Origin: Pseudidiomarina aestuarii
GTDB taxonomy: Bacteria; Pseudomonadota; Gammaproteobacteria; Enterobacterales; Alteromonadaceae
NCBI RefSeq assembly: GCF_048263735.1
Contig: NZ_JBLXDX010000007.1
Span: 5,146-69,145 of the forward strand
DNA: 64,000 nucleotides
Direction of reading: 5' to 3'
The position numbers and the translations under genes are program-made. The notes beneath the pieces were generated by a model. That model did no database searches. It was not told where the DNA came from and was given only the letters and a program-made list of their open reading frames with translations. Positions within the stretch are counted from its first letter, which is position 1, and each line of letters begins with the position of its first letter. Below, piece by piece: positions 50,661 through 59,550 of the stretch.

Positions 50661-51715
50661 TGGCAAAAGCAATTGGATACGCCGCTCAAGCAGCAGACAA
50701 GCCGTTGAGTTATTTTGAGTTTGAACGTCGTGAGCCTAAGGCTGATGATGTTGAAATCGAGATTGCTTATTGTGGTGTGTGTCACTCTGACTTACATCAA
50801 GCTCGCGATGAGTGGGGCGGTACCGTCTTCCCTTGTCTACCTGGTCATGAAATTGTCGGCACGGTTACGCGTGTTGGTAACGACGTCACGAAATACAAAG
50901 TTGGCGACAAAGTCGGTGTGGGCTGTATGGTTGATTCATGCGGTACCTGTATCAGCTGTGAGCAAGGCCATGAACAATATTGTGAAAATGGCTTCGTAGC
51001 CACGTACAACGGCGAAGACAAGCATTTGGGTGGTGCCACTTATGGCGGCTACTCAAACCGTGTTGTCGTGCGCGAAGATTTCGTACTGAAAATTGCTGAT
51101 GATCAAGATCTCGCGGCAGTATCTCCGCTGTTATGTGCGGGTATCACTACCTATTCACCACTGCATCATTGGGGCGTCACCAAAGGTCACAAAGTTGGTG
51201 TGGTTGGGCTCGGCGGATTGGGTCACATGGCAGTGAAAATTGCCAAAGCTATGGGTGCTGAAGTGGTATTATTTACCACATCGCCTGGCAAAGTTGATGA
51301 TGCGAAACGCCTCGGTGCGGACCATGTCGTTATTTCAAAAGATGAAGACCAAATGAAGGCATGGCGCAATCGCTTAGACTTCATATTGAATACCGTAGCG
51401 GCACCACATGATCTTGATGCGTACATGGAATTATTGCGCTTAGACGGCACTATGACTCTGGTTGGTGTGCCGGCGTCGCCACATCCATCACCGAGTGTTG
51501 CGAACCTCATTTTCAAACGTCGGTCACTGGCTGGCTCATTGATTGGTGGTATTCGCGAAACGCAGGACATGTTGGACTTCTGTGCCAAGCATAACATCAC
51601 GTCTGATATCGAAATGATTGATATCGATGAAATTAATGACGCTTATGAGCGGATGCTGAAAAGTGATGTGAAGTATCGATTTGTGATTGATATGAAATCA
51701 CTGAAACAGCAATAA
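50660..51715 (+). CDS. Zn-dependent NAD(P)H alcohol/aldehyde dehydrogenase, cinnamyl ADH family (YahK-like)
   Basis: CGVCHSD, GHE, four-Cys structural zinc site, GLGGLG and DVKYRFVID motifs; TAATG overlap with the peptidase gene. Confidence 0.92.
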   Translation: MAKAIGYAAQAADKPLSYFEFERREPKADDVEIEIAYCGVCHSDLHQARDEWGGTVFPCLPGHEIVGTVTRVGNDVTKYKVGDKVGVGCMVDSCGTCISCEQGHEQYCENGFVATYNGEDKHLGGATYGGYSNRVVVREDFVLKIADDQDLAAVSPLLCAGITTYSPLHHWGVTKGHKVGVVGLGGLGHMAVKIAKAMGAEVVLFTTSPGKVDDAKRLGADHVVISKDEDQMKAWRNRLDFILNTVAAPHDLDAYMELLRLDGTMTLVGVPASPHPSPSVANLIFKRRSLAGSLIGGIRETQDMLDFCAKHNITSDIEMIDIDEINDAYERMLKSDVKYRFVIDMKSLKQQ

Positions 51716-51731
51716 AGACTTTTAGACGTCT
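51716..51731. promoter_or_regulatory. Tandem MetJ boxes upstream of metK
   Basis: AGACTTTT (6/8) followed by a perfect AGACGTCT; weaker in-register boxes continue to 51747. Confidence 0.75.
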
Positions 51732-51743
51732 AAAACTAGAAAT

Positions 51744-51778
51744 GTGGGCGTAGTTTGCGTACACTACGCCCACTTTTT
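51744..51778 (+). terminator. Rho-independent terminator after the ADH gene
   Basis: GTGGGCGTAGT / ACTACGCCCAC 11-bp stem with 8-nt loop, then TTTTT. Confidence 0.8.
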
Positions 51779-51783
51779 ATTCT
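51755..51783 (+). promoter_or_regulatory. Candidate metK sigma70 promoter embedded in the terminator
   Basis: TTGCGT (in the hairpin loop), 17-nt spacer, TATTCT. Confidence 0.45.
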
Positions 51784-51819
51784 CAAGTTATTCCTTGAAT
51801 CAATACAGGTACTCTTTGC

Positions 51820-52968
51820 ATGGCACGCCACTTATTCACCTCTGAATCTGTTTCTGAAGGGCATCCCGATAAAATTGCGGATCAGATTTCTGATGCTGTC
51901 CTTGATGCAATTCTCACACAAGACCCGCGCGCTCGCGTGGCCTGTGAGACCTACGTAAAAACGGGCATGGTTTTGGTCGGTGGCGAAGTATCCACCAATG
52001 CTTGGGTCGATATCGAAGAGATAGCGCGGAACACCGTTCGTGAAATTGGTTACGTGCATTCCGATATGGGCTTTGATGGCGCCTCTTGTGCGGTATTGAA
52101 TGCCATTGGTAAGCAATCGCCAGATATCAATCAAGGCGTGGACCGCGCACATCCGGAAGAACAAGGTGCGGGTGACCAAGGGTTAATGTTTGGCTACGCA
52201 TCCAATGAAACGGATGTGCTGATGCCAGCACCGATAACTTATGCGCACCGACTCGTGCAGCGCCAAGCTGAAGTGCGTAAAGACGGCACGTTGCCGTGGT
52301 TGCGTCCCGATGCGAAAAGTCAGCTGACGTTTGTGTACGAAGACGGCAAGCCAGTTGGCATTGATACCGTGGTGCTGTCGACGCAACACCAAGAATCGAT
52401 CAGCCAAAAAGATCTGCGTGAAGCCGTTATCGAGACTATTTTGAAGCCTGTGCTGCCGGCTGAATGGTTCCCGCAAGATAGTAAAAAGATTCATATCAAC
52501 CCAACCGGTAAATTTGTGATCGGTGGCCCTATGGGTGATTGTGGTTTAACCGGCCGTAAAATTATCGTCGATACCTACGGCGGCATGGCGCGTCACGGTG
52601 GTGGTGCATTCTCAGGTAAAGACCCATCGAAGGTGGACCGCAGTGCCGCTTACGCAGCGCGTTATGTAGCGAAAAACTTGGTGGCTGCAGGTCTGGCAGA
52701 GCGCTGTGAAATTCAAGTGTCGTATGCCATTGGTGTTGCAGAGCCAACCTCAATTAGCATCGAAACCTTCGGTACCTCAGCGTACGAAGAAGAGCGTTTG
52801 ATTGCGTTAGTGCGTAAGCACTTTGATTTGCGCCCATATGGCTTAATCAAAATGCTCGACCTTGAACGCCCAATCTATCAGGCTACGGCTGCCTATGGTC
52901 ACTTTGGTCGGAACGAGTTTCCATGGGAACAAACCGACAAAGCTGAGGCGCTTCGAGCTGACATCTAA
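51820..52968 (+). CDS. metK: S-adenosylmethionine synthetase
   Basis: [19 protein letters not shown] and GGGAFSGKD motifs. Confidence 0.98.
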   Translation: MARHLFTSESVSEGHPDKIADQISDAVLDAILTQDPRARVACETYVKTGMVLVGGEVSTNAWVDIEEIARNTVREIGYVHSDMGFDGASCAVLNAIGKQSPDINQGVDRAHPEEQGAGDQGLMFGYASNETDVLMPAPITYAHRLVQRQAEVRKDGTLPWLRPDAKSQLTFVYEDGKPVGIDTVVLSTQHQESISQKDLREAVIETILKPVLPAEWFPQDSKKIHINPTGKFVIGGPMGDCGLTGRKIIVDTYGGMARHGGGAFSGKDPSKVDRSAAYAARYVAKNLVAAGLAERCEIQVSYAIGVAEPTSISIETFGTSAYEEERLIALVRKHFDLRPYGLIKMLDLERPIYQATAAYGHFGRNEFPWEQTDKAEALRADI

Positions 52969-53048
52969 TTTGCTTACAAGCCCCGAATTGTGGAGAATAC
53001 GCGCACACAATCCGCAAATTCAATTTACCGCAAATTCGGGGTTTGGTT

Positions 53049-55073
53049 ATGACAGCTGTATGCACTGATCGGAAAATTTTAGCCAACGCAATTCGTGCTT
53101 TGAGCATGGATGCGGTTCAACAGGCTAATTCAGGCCATCCTGGCGCACCCATGGGGATGGCAGACATTGCCGAAGTGCTCTGGCGCGACTACCTCAAACA
53201 TAACCCTGCAAACCCTTCTTGGGCAGACCGTGACCGTTTTGTGTTGTCGAACGGCCATGGCTCCATGCTGATCTATTCCTTGTTGCATTTGACAGGCTAC
53301 GACCTCCCGATTGAAGAGTTGAAGAACTTCCGTCAATTGCACTCGAAAACCCCTGGTCATCCTGAATACGGTTATGCACCTGGTATTGAGACCACTACTG
53401 GTCCTCTCGGACAGGGCGTGACCAATGCTGTAGGTATGGCTTTAGCGGAGAAAGTTTTAGCGGCGCAGTTTAATCGTGATGGTCATGACATCGTTGACCA
53501 CTACACCTACACGTTTTTAGGTGATGGTTGTTTGATGGAAGGTATTTCTCACGAGGCTTGCTCATTAGCAGGCACACTCGGCTTAGGCAAACTGATTGCC
53601 TTTTACGACGACAACGGCATCTCCATTGATGGTGAAGTAGAAGGTTGGTTCACCGATGACACCGCCAAGCGTTTTGAATCCTATGGTTGGCAGGTGATTC
53701 CAGCGGTCGACGGTCACAACAGTGCCGAAGTGAAAGCAGCCATTGAGGCAGCACGCGTTGAGACTGGTAAGCCGACTCTAATTATTTGTAAAACCATTAT
53801 CGGTTTTGGTGCACCCAACAAACAAGGTTCAGAGAGCTGTCACGGCGCGCCACTCGGCGCTGACGAAATTGCCGCAGCACGTGAGCAACTGAATTGGACG
53901 CATGCCGCATTCGAAGTTCCAGAAGATATCTACGGCGGTTGGTCAGCGGCAGTAAGTGGCGAGCAAGCCGAAGCAGCATGGAATACGCGTTTTGCTGCGT
54001 ATCAAGAATCGCACCCAGCTTTAGCCGCCGAATTCACGCGCCGCATGGCTGGTGATTTGCCAGCTAATTTTGAGCAGCAAGCTCAAGCCTACATTGCCAA
54101 ACTGCAAGCCGAGCCGGCAGACATCGCGAGTCGTAAAGCCTCACAAAATGCATTGAACAGCTACGGTCCGTTATTGCCAGAATTACTCGGCGGTTCAGCT
54201 GACCTTGCAGGCTCTAACCTGACCATTTGGAGCGGTAGCAAAGGTATTAGCGCAGACGATGCGAGCGGTAACTACGTCTATTACGGCGTGCGCGAATTCG
54301 GCATGTCCGCCATCATGAATGGTGTTGCATTGCATGGCGGGTTAGTGCCGTACGGTGCGACCTTCCTGATGTTTATGGAGTATGCTCGCAACGCAGTGCG
54401 GATGGCAGCGTTGATGAAACAGCGCAGTATTTTTGTCTACACCCATGACTCTATTGGTTTGGGTGAAGACGGTCCGACGCACCAACCGGTTGAGCAAACC
54501 GCTAGTTTGCGCATGACGCCAAACATGAGTACCTGGCGTCCGTGTGACCAAGTGGAGTCAGCTGTGGCGTGGAAGGCAGCTTTGCAACGCAAGCATGGAC
54601 CATCGGCGTTAATTTTCAGTCGCCAGAACCTCGCGCAACAGCCGCGCACTGATGCCCAGTTGAAGGACATCGCCCGTGGCGGTTATATCCTGCTAGATAG
54701 CATGGTTGAAGGTAAAGGCACGCCGGATTTGATTTTCATCGCAACGGGTTCAGAAGTGGCGATTACTATGGCTGCCGCTAAGACACTGCAAGCGCAAGGT
54801 CATGCCGTGCGCGTTGTATCCATGCCATCGACAGACGTGTTCGAAGCGCAGCCAGTGGCTTACCGCCAAGCAGTATTGCCACCTCAGGTAACCAAACGTG
54901 TTGCGGTAGAAGCGGGCATTGCTGACTACTGGTACAAGTATGTTGGTTTGCAAGGCCGCGTGGTGGGTATGGCAACCTTCGGTGAGTCTGCTCCTGCCGG
55001 TGATTTGTTCAAACATTTTGGTTTTACTCCAGAGAACATTGTCTCTGTTGCGCGTGAGTTACTAGACGCATGA
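53049..55073 (+). CDS. tkt: Transketolase
   Basis: [26 protein letters not shown] and GEDGPTHQP motifs. Confidence 0.98.
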   Translation: MTAVCTDRKILANAIRALSMDAVQQANSGHPGAPMGMADIAEVLWRDYLKHNPANPSWADRDRFVLSNGHGSMLIYSLLHLTGYDLPIEELKNFRQLHSKTPGHPEYGYAPGIETTTGPLGQGVTNAVGMALAEKVLAAQFNRDGHDIVDHYTYTFLGDGCLMEGISHEACSLAGTLGLGKLIAFYDDNGISIDGEVEGWFTDDTAKRFESYGWQVIPAVDGHNSAEVKAAIEAARVETGKPTLIICKTIIGFGAPNKQGSESCHGAPLGADEIAAAREQLNWTHAAFEVPEDIYGGWSAAVSGEQAEAAWNTRFAAYQESHPALAAEFTRRMAGDLPANFEQQAQAYIAKLQAEPADIASRKASQNALNSYGPLLPELLGGSADLAGSNLTIWSGSKGISADDASGNYVYYGVREFGMSAIMNGVALHGGLVPYGATFLMFMEYARNAVRMAALMKQRSIFVYTHDSIGLGEDGPTHQPVEQTASLRMTPNMSTWRPCDQVESAVAWKAALQRKHGPSALIFSRQNLAQQPRTDAQLKDIARGGYILLDSMVEGKGTPDLIFIATGSEVAITMAAAKTLQAQGHAVRVVSMPSTDVFEAQPVAYRQAVLPPQVTKRVAVEAGIADYWYKYVGLQGRVVGMATFGESAPAGDLFKHFGFTPENIVSVARELLDA

Positions 55074-56095
55074 TGAACCGTCGCGCTCGTATTGCTATCA
55101 ATGGCTTTGGCCGTATCGGACGCAGCGTCGTTCGAGCCCTCTACGAGCGTGGCTATCGTGACTCCATGGAAATTGTCGCGATTAATGAGCTGGCGCCAGT
55201 TGGCGCAATGGCGCATTTGCTCAAATATGATTCGAGCCATGGCCGGTTCATGCACCCGGTTACCACGCCGAGCGAGCACCGTTTGCAGATTGGCTCCGAC
55301 TTAATCCGAATTTCCGCTGATAGCGAGATTGTGGATCTTGACTGGCGTGAACTGGAGCTCGATGCGGTACTCGATTGCACCGGAGTTCATGGGAATCATG
55401 TAGATGGCGAGCACTATCTTGAACTGGGTATTCCGAAAGTGCTGTTTTCGCATCCAGGCGATCCTGACGTCGACTTCACTGCTATTTTCGGCGTGAATAC
55501 CGACCAACTAACGCCGGCGCATCGCATTGTCTCGAACGGCTCCTGTACCACCAACTGTATCGTGCCGGTCATCAAAGTATTGGACGAAGCTTTTGGGATT
55601 GATAGTGGTGCAATCACTACGATTCACGCAGCGATGCACGACCAACAAGTGATTGATGCCTATCATCAAGATCCACGCCTAGCACGAGCGGCGAGTCGTT
55701 CCATTATTCCAGTGGATACACGGCTGGCGCGAGGCATTGAACGTATCATGCCAAAATTCGCGGGGCGTTTTGAGGCGATTCAAGTGCGGGTGCCGACGAC
55801 CAATGTAACCGCGATGGATTTGAGTGTGACTGTGAATACCGAAGTCAGTATCGACAAAGTAAACGCAGTGCTCGCTGCGGCTGCCCGCGGACCGCTCTCA
55901 CGTGTGTTGGGGTATGTCGATGAGCCACTGGTGTCGATCGATTTTAACCATGACCCACGCTCGAGTATTGTGGATGCCACTCAAACTCGCGTGGCTGATA
56001 AGCGACTGATTAAAGTTTTATGTTGGTGCGATAACGAGTGGGGTTTTGCGAATCGCATGCTCGATACCGTTGACGCACTGATTCAATCTCAATAA
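55070..56095 (+). CDS. epd: Erythrose-4-phosphate dehydrogenase
   Basis: [18 protein letters not shown] and [12 protein letters not shown] (Epd-type) motifs; position between tkt and pgk. Confidence 0.93.
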   Translation: MMNRRARIAINGFGRIGRSVVRALYERGYRDSMEIVAINELAPVGAMAHLLKYDSSHGRFMHPVTTPSEHRLQIGSDLIRISADSEIVDLDWRELELDAVLDCTGVHGNHVDGEHYLELGIPKVLFSHPGDPDVDFTAIFGVNTDQLTPAHRIVSNGSCTTNCIVPVIKVLDEAFGIDSGAITTIHAAMHDQQVIDAYHQDPRLARAASRSIIPVDTRLARGIERIMPKFAGRFEAIQVRVPTTNVTAMDLSVTVNTEVSIDKVNAVLAAAARGPLSRVLGYVDEPLVSIDFNHDPRSSIVDATQTRVADKRLIKVLCWCDNEWGFANRMLDTVDALIQSQ

Positions 56096-56115
56096 TGACC
56101 TGACGAGGACTGCCG

Positions 56116-57303
56116 ATGTCAACTGCTGTGATTACAATGGACGATCTTGACTTAGATGGCCTGCGAGTGCTCATTCGCGAAGATTTAAACGTGCCGGTCG
56201 AACAGGGTAAAGTCACCTCAGATGCACGACTCAAAGCAGCCATCCCTACCATTCAAAAAGCCTTAGATAAAGGCGCGAAAGTCATGGTTATGTCCCATTT
56301 GGGCCGTCCAGAAGAGGGCGTCTATGCTGCGGAGTTTTCCTTGCAGCCGGTGGTTGATTACTTGAATGACGCTTTGGCTGTGCCGGTACGTTTGGCGACA
56401 GACTATCTGAACGGCGTAGATGTGGCTGCAGGCGAAGTGGTGGTTTTTGAAAACGTTCGCTTCAACCCAGGTGAAAAGAAGAATGACGATACGTTAGCGC
56501 AGCAATTAGCTGCCCTCTGCGATGTATTCGTCATGGACGCGTTTGGCACGGCGCATCGTGCTCAAGCCTCTACCCATGGTGTCGCGAAGTATGCCGAAGT
56601 AGCTTGCGCAGGGCCGCTACTAGCTGCTGAATTGGATGCTTTGGGCAAAGCGCTCGCAAACCCAGCGCGTCCGCTAGTTGCGATTGTCGGTGGGTCAAAA
56701 GTTTCGACTAAATTGACCGTACTGGATTCATTGTCGACCGTTGTCGATCAGTTGATTGTCGGTGGTGGTATCGCCAACACCTTTATCAAAGCTGCTGGCC
56801 ATGAAGTCGGCAAATCATTGTGTGAAGATGATTTAGTGCCGGAAGCACAGCGCTTGGTTGCGGCGGCTACGGCGAAAGGTGCGTCGATTCCAGTACCTAC
56901 GGACGTAGTTACTGGCAAAGTGTTCAGCGCTGATACACCGGCAGAAACGAAAGCCGTTGATGCGGTAGCAGCCGACGATATGATTTTCGATATCGGTCCT
57001 GATACCGCTGCAGCATTTGCGGAACTCATCGCGAAGGCGGGTACCATTGTTTGGAATGGTCCTGTAGGCGTATTTGAGTTTGACCAGTTTGGACAGGGCA
57101 CTCGTGCGCTTGCCGACGCTATTGCCAACAGCAATGCGTTCAGTATTGCCGGAGGTGGCGACACCCTCGCAGCCATTGATAAGTATGGCATCGCTGATAA
57201 AATCAGTTATATTTCCACCGGTGGTGGTGCCTTCTTAGAGTTTCTCGAAGGCAAACAATTACCCGCAGTCGCGATTCTGGAAGAACGCGCGCTCAACGGC
57301 TAA
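56116..57303 (+). CDS. pgk: Phosphoglycerate kinase
   Basis: [25 protein letters not shown] and STGGGAFLE motifs. Confidence 0.98.
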   Translation: MSTAVITMDDLDLDGLRVLIREDLNVPVEQGKVTSDARLKAAIPTIQKALDKGAKVMVMSHLGRPEEGVYAAEFSLQPVVDYLNDALAVPVRLATDYLNGVDVAAGEVVVFENVRFNPGEKKNDDTLAQQLAALCDVFVMDAFGTAHRAQASTHGVAKYAEVACAGPLLAAELDALGKALANPARPLVAIVGGSKVSTKLTVLDSLSTVVDQLIVGGGIANTFIKAAGHEVGKSLCEDDLVPEAQRLVAAATAKGASIPVPTDVVTGKVFSADTPAETKAVDAVAADDMIFDIGPDTAAAFAELIAKAGTIVWNGPVGVFEFDQFGQGTRALADAIANSNAFSIAGGGDTLAAIDKYGIADKISYISTGGGAFLEFLEGKQLPAVAILEERALNG

Positions 57304-57335
57304 ACAGCCGAACATAACGAAGGAGACGAATTCTC

Positions 57336-58400
57336 ATGGCATTGATTTCATTGCGTCAAATGCTCGACCATGCAGCAGAGCATGGTTACGGTGTTCCAGC
57401 TTTTAACGTCAACAACTTAGAGCAAATGCGCGCCATTATGGAAGCTGCGGATGCGACCGACAGCCCCGTAATCGTGCAAGCCTCAGCAGGCGCACGAAGC
57501 TATGCTGGTGCACCGTTTTTGCGTCATTTGATCTTAGCTGCCATTGAAGAATGGCCGCATATCCCGGTGGTAATGCATCAAGATCACGGTACTTCGCCAG
57601 CCGTCTGCCAACGTTCGATTCAACTGGGCTTTAGCTCAGTCATGATGGACGGCTCGCTGCGTGAAGATGGTAAAACTCCTGCCGACTATGACTACAACGT
57701 TCATGTAACCAAGACCACAGTTGCTATGGCGCATGCGTGTGGTGTATCGGTAGAAGGTGAGTTGGGTTGTTTAGGCTCTCTCGAAACCGGTGAAGCAGGT
57801 GAAGAAGATGGTATTGGTGCAGAAGGTAAACTCTCACACGACCAGCTCTTAACGGATCCGGAAGAAGCAGCAGACTTTGTCCGTGCGACCAATGTTGATG
57901 CGTTAGCGATTGCGTGTGGTACCTCTCATGGTGCCTATAAGTTCTCTCGGCCACCAACGGGCGATATTCTTGCGATTGATCGAATCAAAGAAATTCACCG
58001 TCGTATTCCGAATACCCATTTGGTTATGCATGGCTCATCTTCTGTGCCACAAGAATGGTTGAAGGTCATTAATGAGTTTGGTGGTGAAATGCCGGAAACT
58101 TATGGTGTACCTGTTGAGCAAATCGTCGAAGGCATTAAGTTTGGTGTGCGTAAAGTAAACATCGATACCGACTTGCGCTTAGCATCAACTGGTGCCATTC
58201 GACGTCATTTAGCGCAGAACACCAGCAACTTCGATCCACGTAAATTCCTGAAAGCCTCAACCGACGCTATGTACGAAATTTGTAAAGCGCGCTACGAAGC
58301 CTTTGGTTGCGCGGGACAAGCGAGCAAAATTAAGGCACTTTCGCTGGAAGAAATGTTCAAACGCTATGAAAAGGGCGAATTAAACGCTCAAGTGAAATAG
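57336..58400 (+). CDS. fba: Fructose-bisphosphate aldolase class II (Calvin-cycle subtype)
   Basis: [37 protein letters not shown] and KVNIDTD motifs. Confidence 0.96.
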   Translation: MALISLRQMLDHAAEHGYGVPAFNVNNLEQMRAIMEAADATDSPVIVQASAGARSYAGAPFLRHLILAAIEEWPHIPVVMHQDHGTSPAVCQRSIQLGFSSVMMDGSLREDGKTPADYDYNVHVTKTTVAMAHACGVSVEGELGCLGSLETGEAGEEDGIGAEGKLSHDQLLTDPEEAADFVRATNVDALAIACGTSHGAYKFSRPPTGDILAIDRIKEIHRRIPNTHLVMHGSSSVPQEWLKVINEFGGEMPETYGVPVEQIVEGIKFGVRKVNIDTDLRLASTGAIRRHLAQNTSNFDPRKFLKASTDAMYEICKARYEAFGCAGQASKIKALSLEEMFKRYEKGELNAQVK

Positions 58401-58412
58401 TAGAGGGTTAAA

Positions 58413-58450
58413 ATTGCGTAAAGTGCGCGTTATACTGCGCTTTACGCAAT
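58413..58450. repeat. 14-bp inverted repeat with TATACT in the loop, between fba and the DUF481 gene
   Basis: ATTGCGTAAAGTGC / GCGCTTTACGCAAT (one G-T wobble); no U-tract on the + strand. Confidence 0.8.
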
Positions 58451-58469
58451 AGAACAAAGGAAGAGCGAG

Positions 58470-59270
58470 GTGACCGTGAAGTTTTCTAAATTTGTAATCA
58501 CAACAGGATTGTTGGTCGGTGGACTCGCGCTACCTGCACAAGCATCTATTTTTATGTATGACGATGCAAGTGACCTCAAAGTAGATGAGCAAAAAGATTG
58601 GGCAGCCAGTGCTGAACTTGGTTTGCTGTTTACCTCGGGGAATACCAAAACCGAAACGTTTAAAACCAAACTGAACGCATCGCGGGATTATGAGAATTGG
58701 CGGCATAAAGCGGTCGTTGATTATTATCGCTCCGAACAGGAAGACCAATCCACGGGTGATGCGATTGTAACCGGTGATAAATTCTTTATCTCAGCGCAGT
58801 CGAACTACAAGTTCTCGCCAGAAGCGCGCTCGTCGCTATTTGTGTTTGGCTCGTATGAAGAAGATCGCTTTAGTGGTTACGATTATCAAGGAACCGTAGC
58901 GGTCGGTTACGGTGCTCGCTATCGTTATAGCCCAACGTTATATGCTGACTACGAAGCGGGTCCAGGTTACTCCATTAATAAACCTATCGTGAATGGTGTT
59001 ATCCAAGACCAAGAAAGCAGTGCAATTTTGCGTTTGGCAGGCAACGTAGTGTGGGACATCACGAAAACTTCCAAACTCAACGCATTAGCGGCATCAGAAA
59101 TTGGTGAAGAGAATACGAAATCACGAGCAGAGCTCTCGATTTCAGCAAACATCAATAGCCGACTGGCATTGAAGTTTTCGGTTGCTGGAACGCACAACTC
59201 GAACCTTGAAGATCAGTCCTTAGAGAAGCTCGATACTGAAACAGCGGTAACGCTGGTTTATAGCTTCTGA
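58470..59270 (+). CDS. DUF481/YdiY-like outer-membrane beta-barrel protein
   Basis: Signal peptide, TSGNTKT, YEEDRFSGYDYQ and terminal LVYSF. GTG start at 58470 or 58476. Confidence 0.8.
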   Translation: MTVKFSKFVITTGLLVGGLALPAQASIFMYDDASDLKVDEQKDWAASAELGLLFTSGNTKTETFKTKLNASRDYENWRHKAVVDYYRSEQEDQSTGDAIVTGDKFFISAQSNYKFSPEARSSLFVFGSYEEDRFSGYDYQGTVAVGYGARYRYSPTLYADYEAGPGYSINKPIVNGVIQDQESSAILRLAGNVVWDITKTSKLNALAASEIGEENTKSRAELSISANINSRLALKFSVAGTHNSNLEDQSLEKLDTETAVTLVYSF

Positions 59271-59291
59271 TCTGATTTCACGCTCCTATTT

Positions 59292-59318
59292 AAAAGCTGG
59301 CTTATGCCAGCTTTTTTT
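59292..59318 (+). terminator. Rho-independent terminator after the DUF481 gene
   Basis: AAAAGCTGGC-TTAT-GCCAGC followed by a T-run. Confidence 0.85.
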
Positions 59319-59399
59319 ATATCATTTGTATAAGACATTCCTCGCCAGACACACTTGCTTACGTTTCGTCGCATATCTGAAATATTGGTCATAAAATAG

Positions 59400-59431
59400 T
59401 TGACATCAGCGCTTCATTATCATTTTATAAC
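59400..59431 (+). promoter_or_regulatory. Candidate TBDR promoter (perfect TTGACA) overlapped by a partial Fur-like box
   Basis: TTGACA at 59400-59405; AT-rich -10 candidates at 59423-59431; 59409-59427 matches the Fur consensus at 12/19 on the minus strand. Confidence 0.4.
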
Positions 59432-59550
59432 CTTGGTTGTTCTCCCTAAATGACCAACGCTTGGCGGGTACACGCTCAAGTTGTCTAGGCAACTAGTACC
59501 CGTAGAATACATAAATATAATAAGTTGTTATTACAATCCAAGGATCTCCC

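Noticed and set aside
59386-59405. Pho-box-like TGGTCAT-AAAA-TAGTTGA upstream of the TBDR
   Set aside because: Only one half-site matches; the second half matches at just 2/7.
59431-59550. Cobalamin (btuB-type) riboswitch before the TBDR
   Set aside because: The conserved GGGAA, GCCACTG and B12-box elements are absent and the leader is too short.
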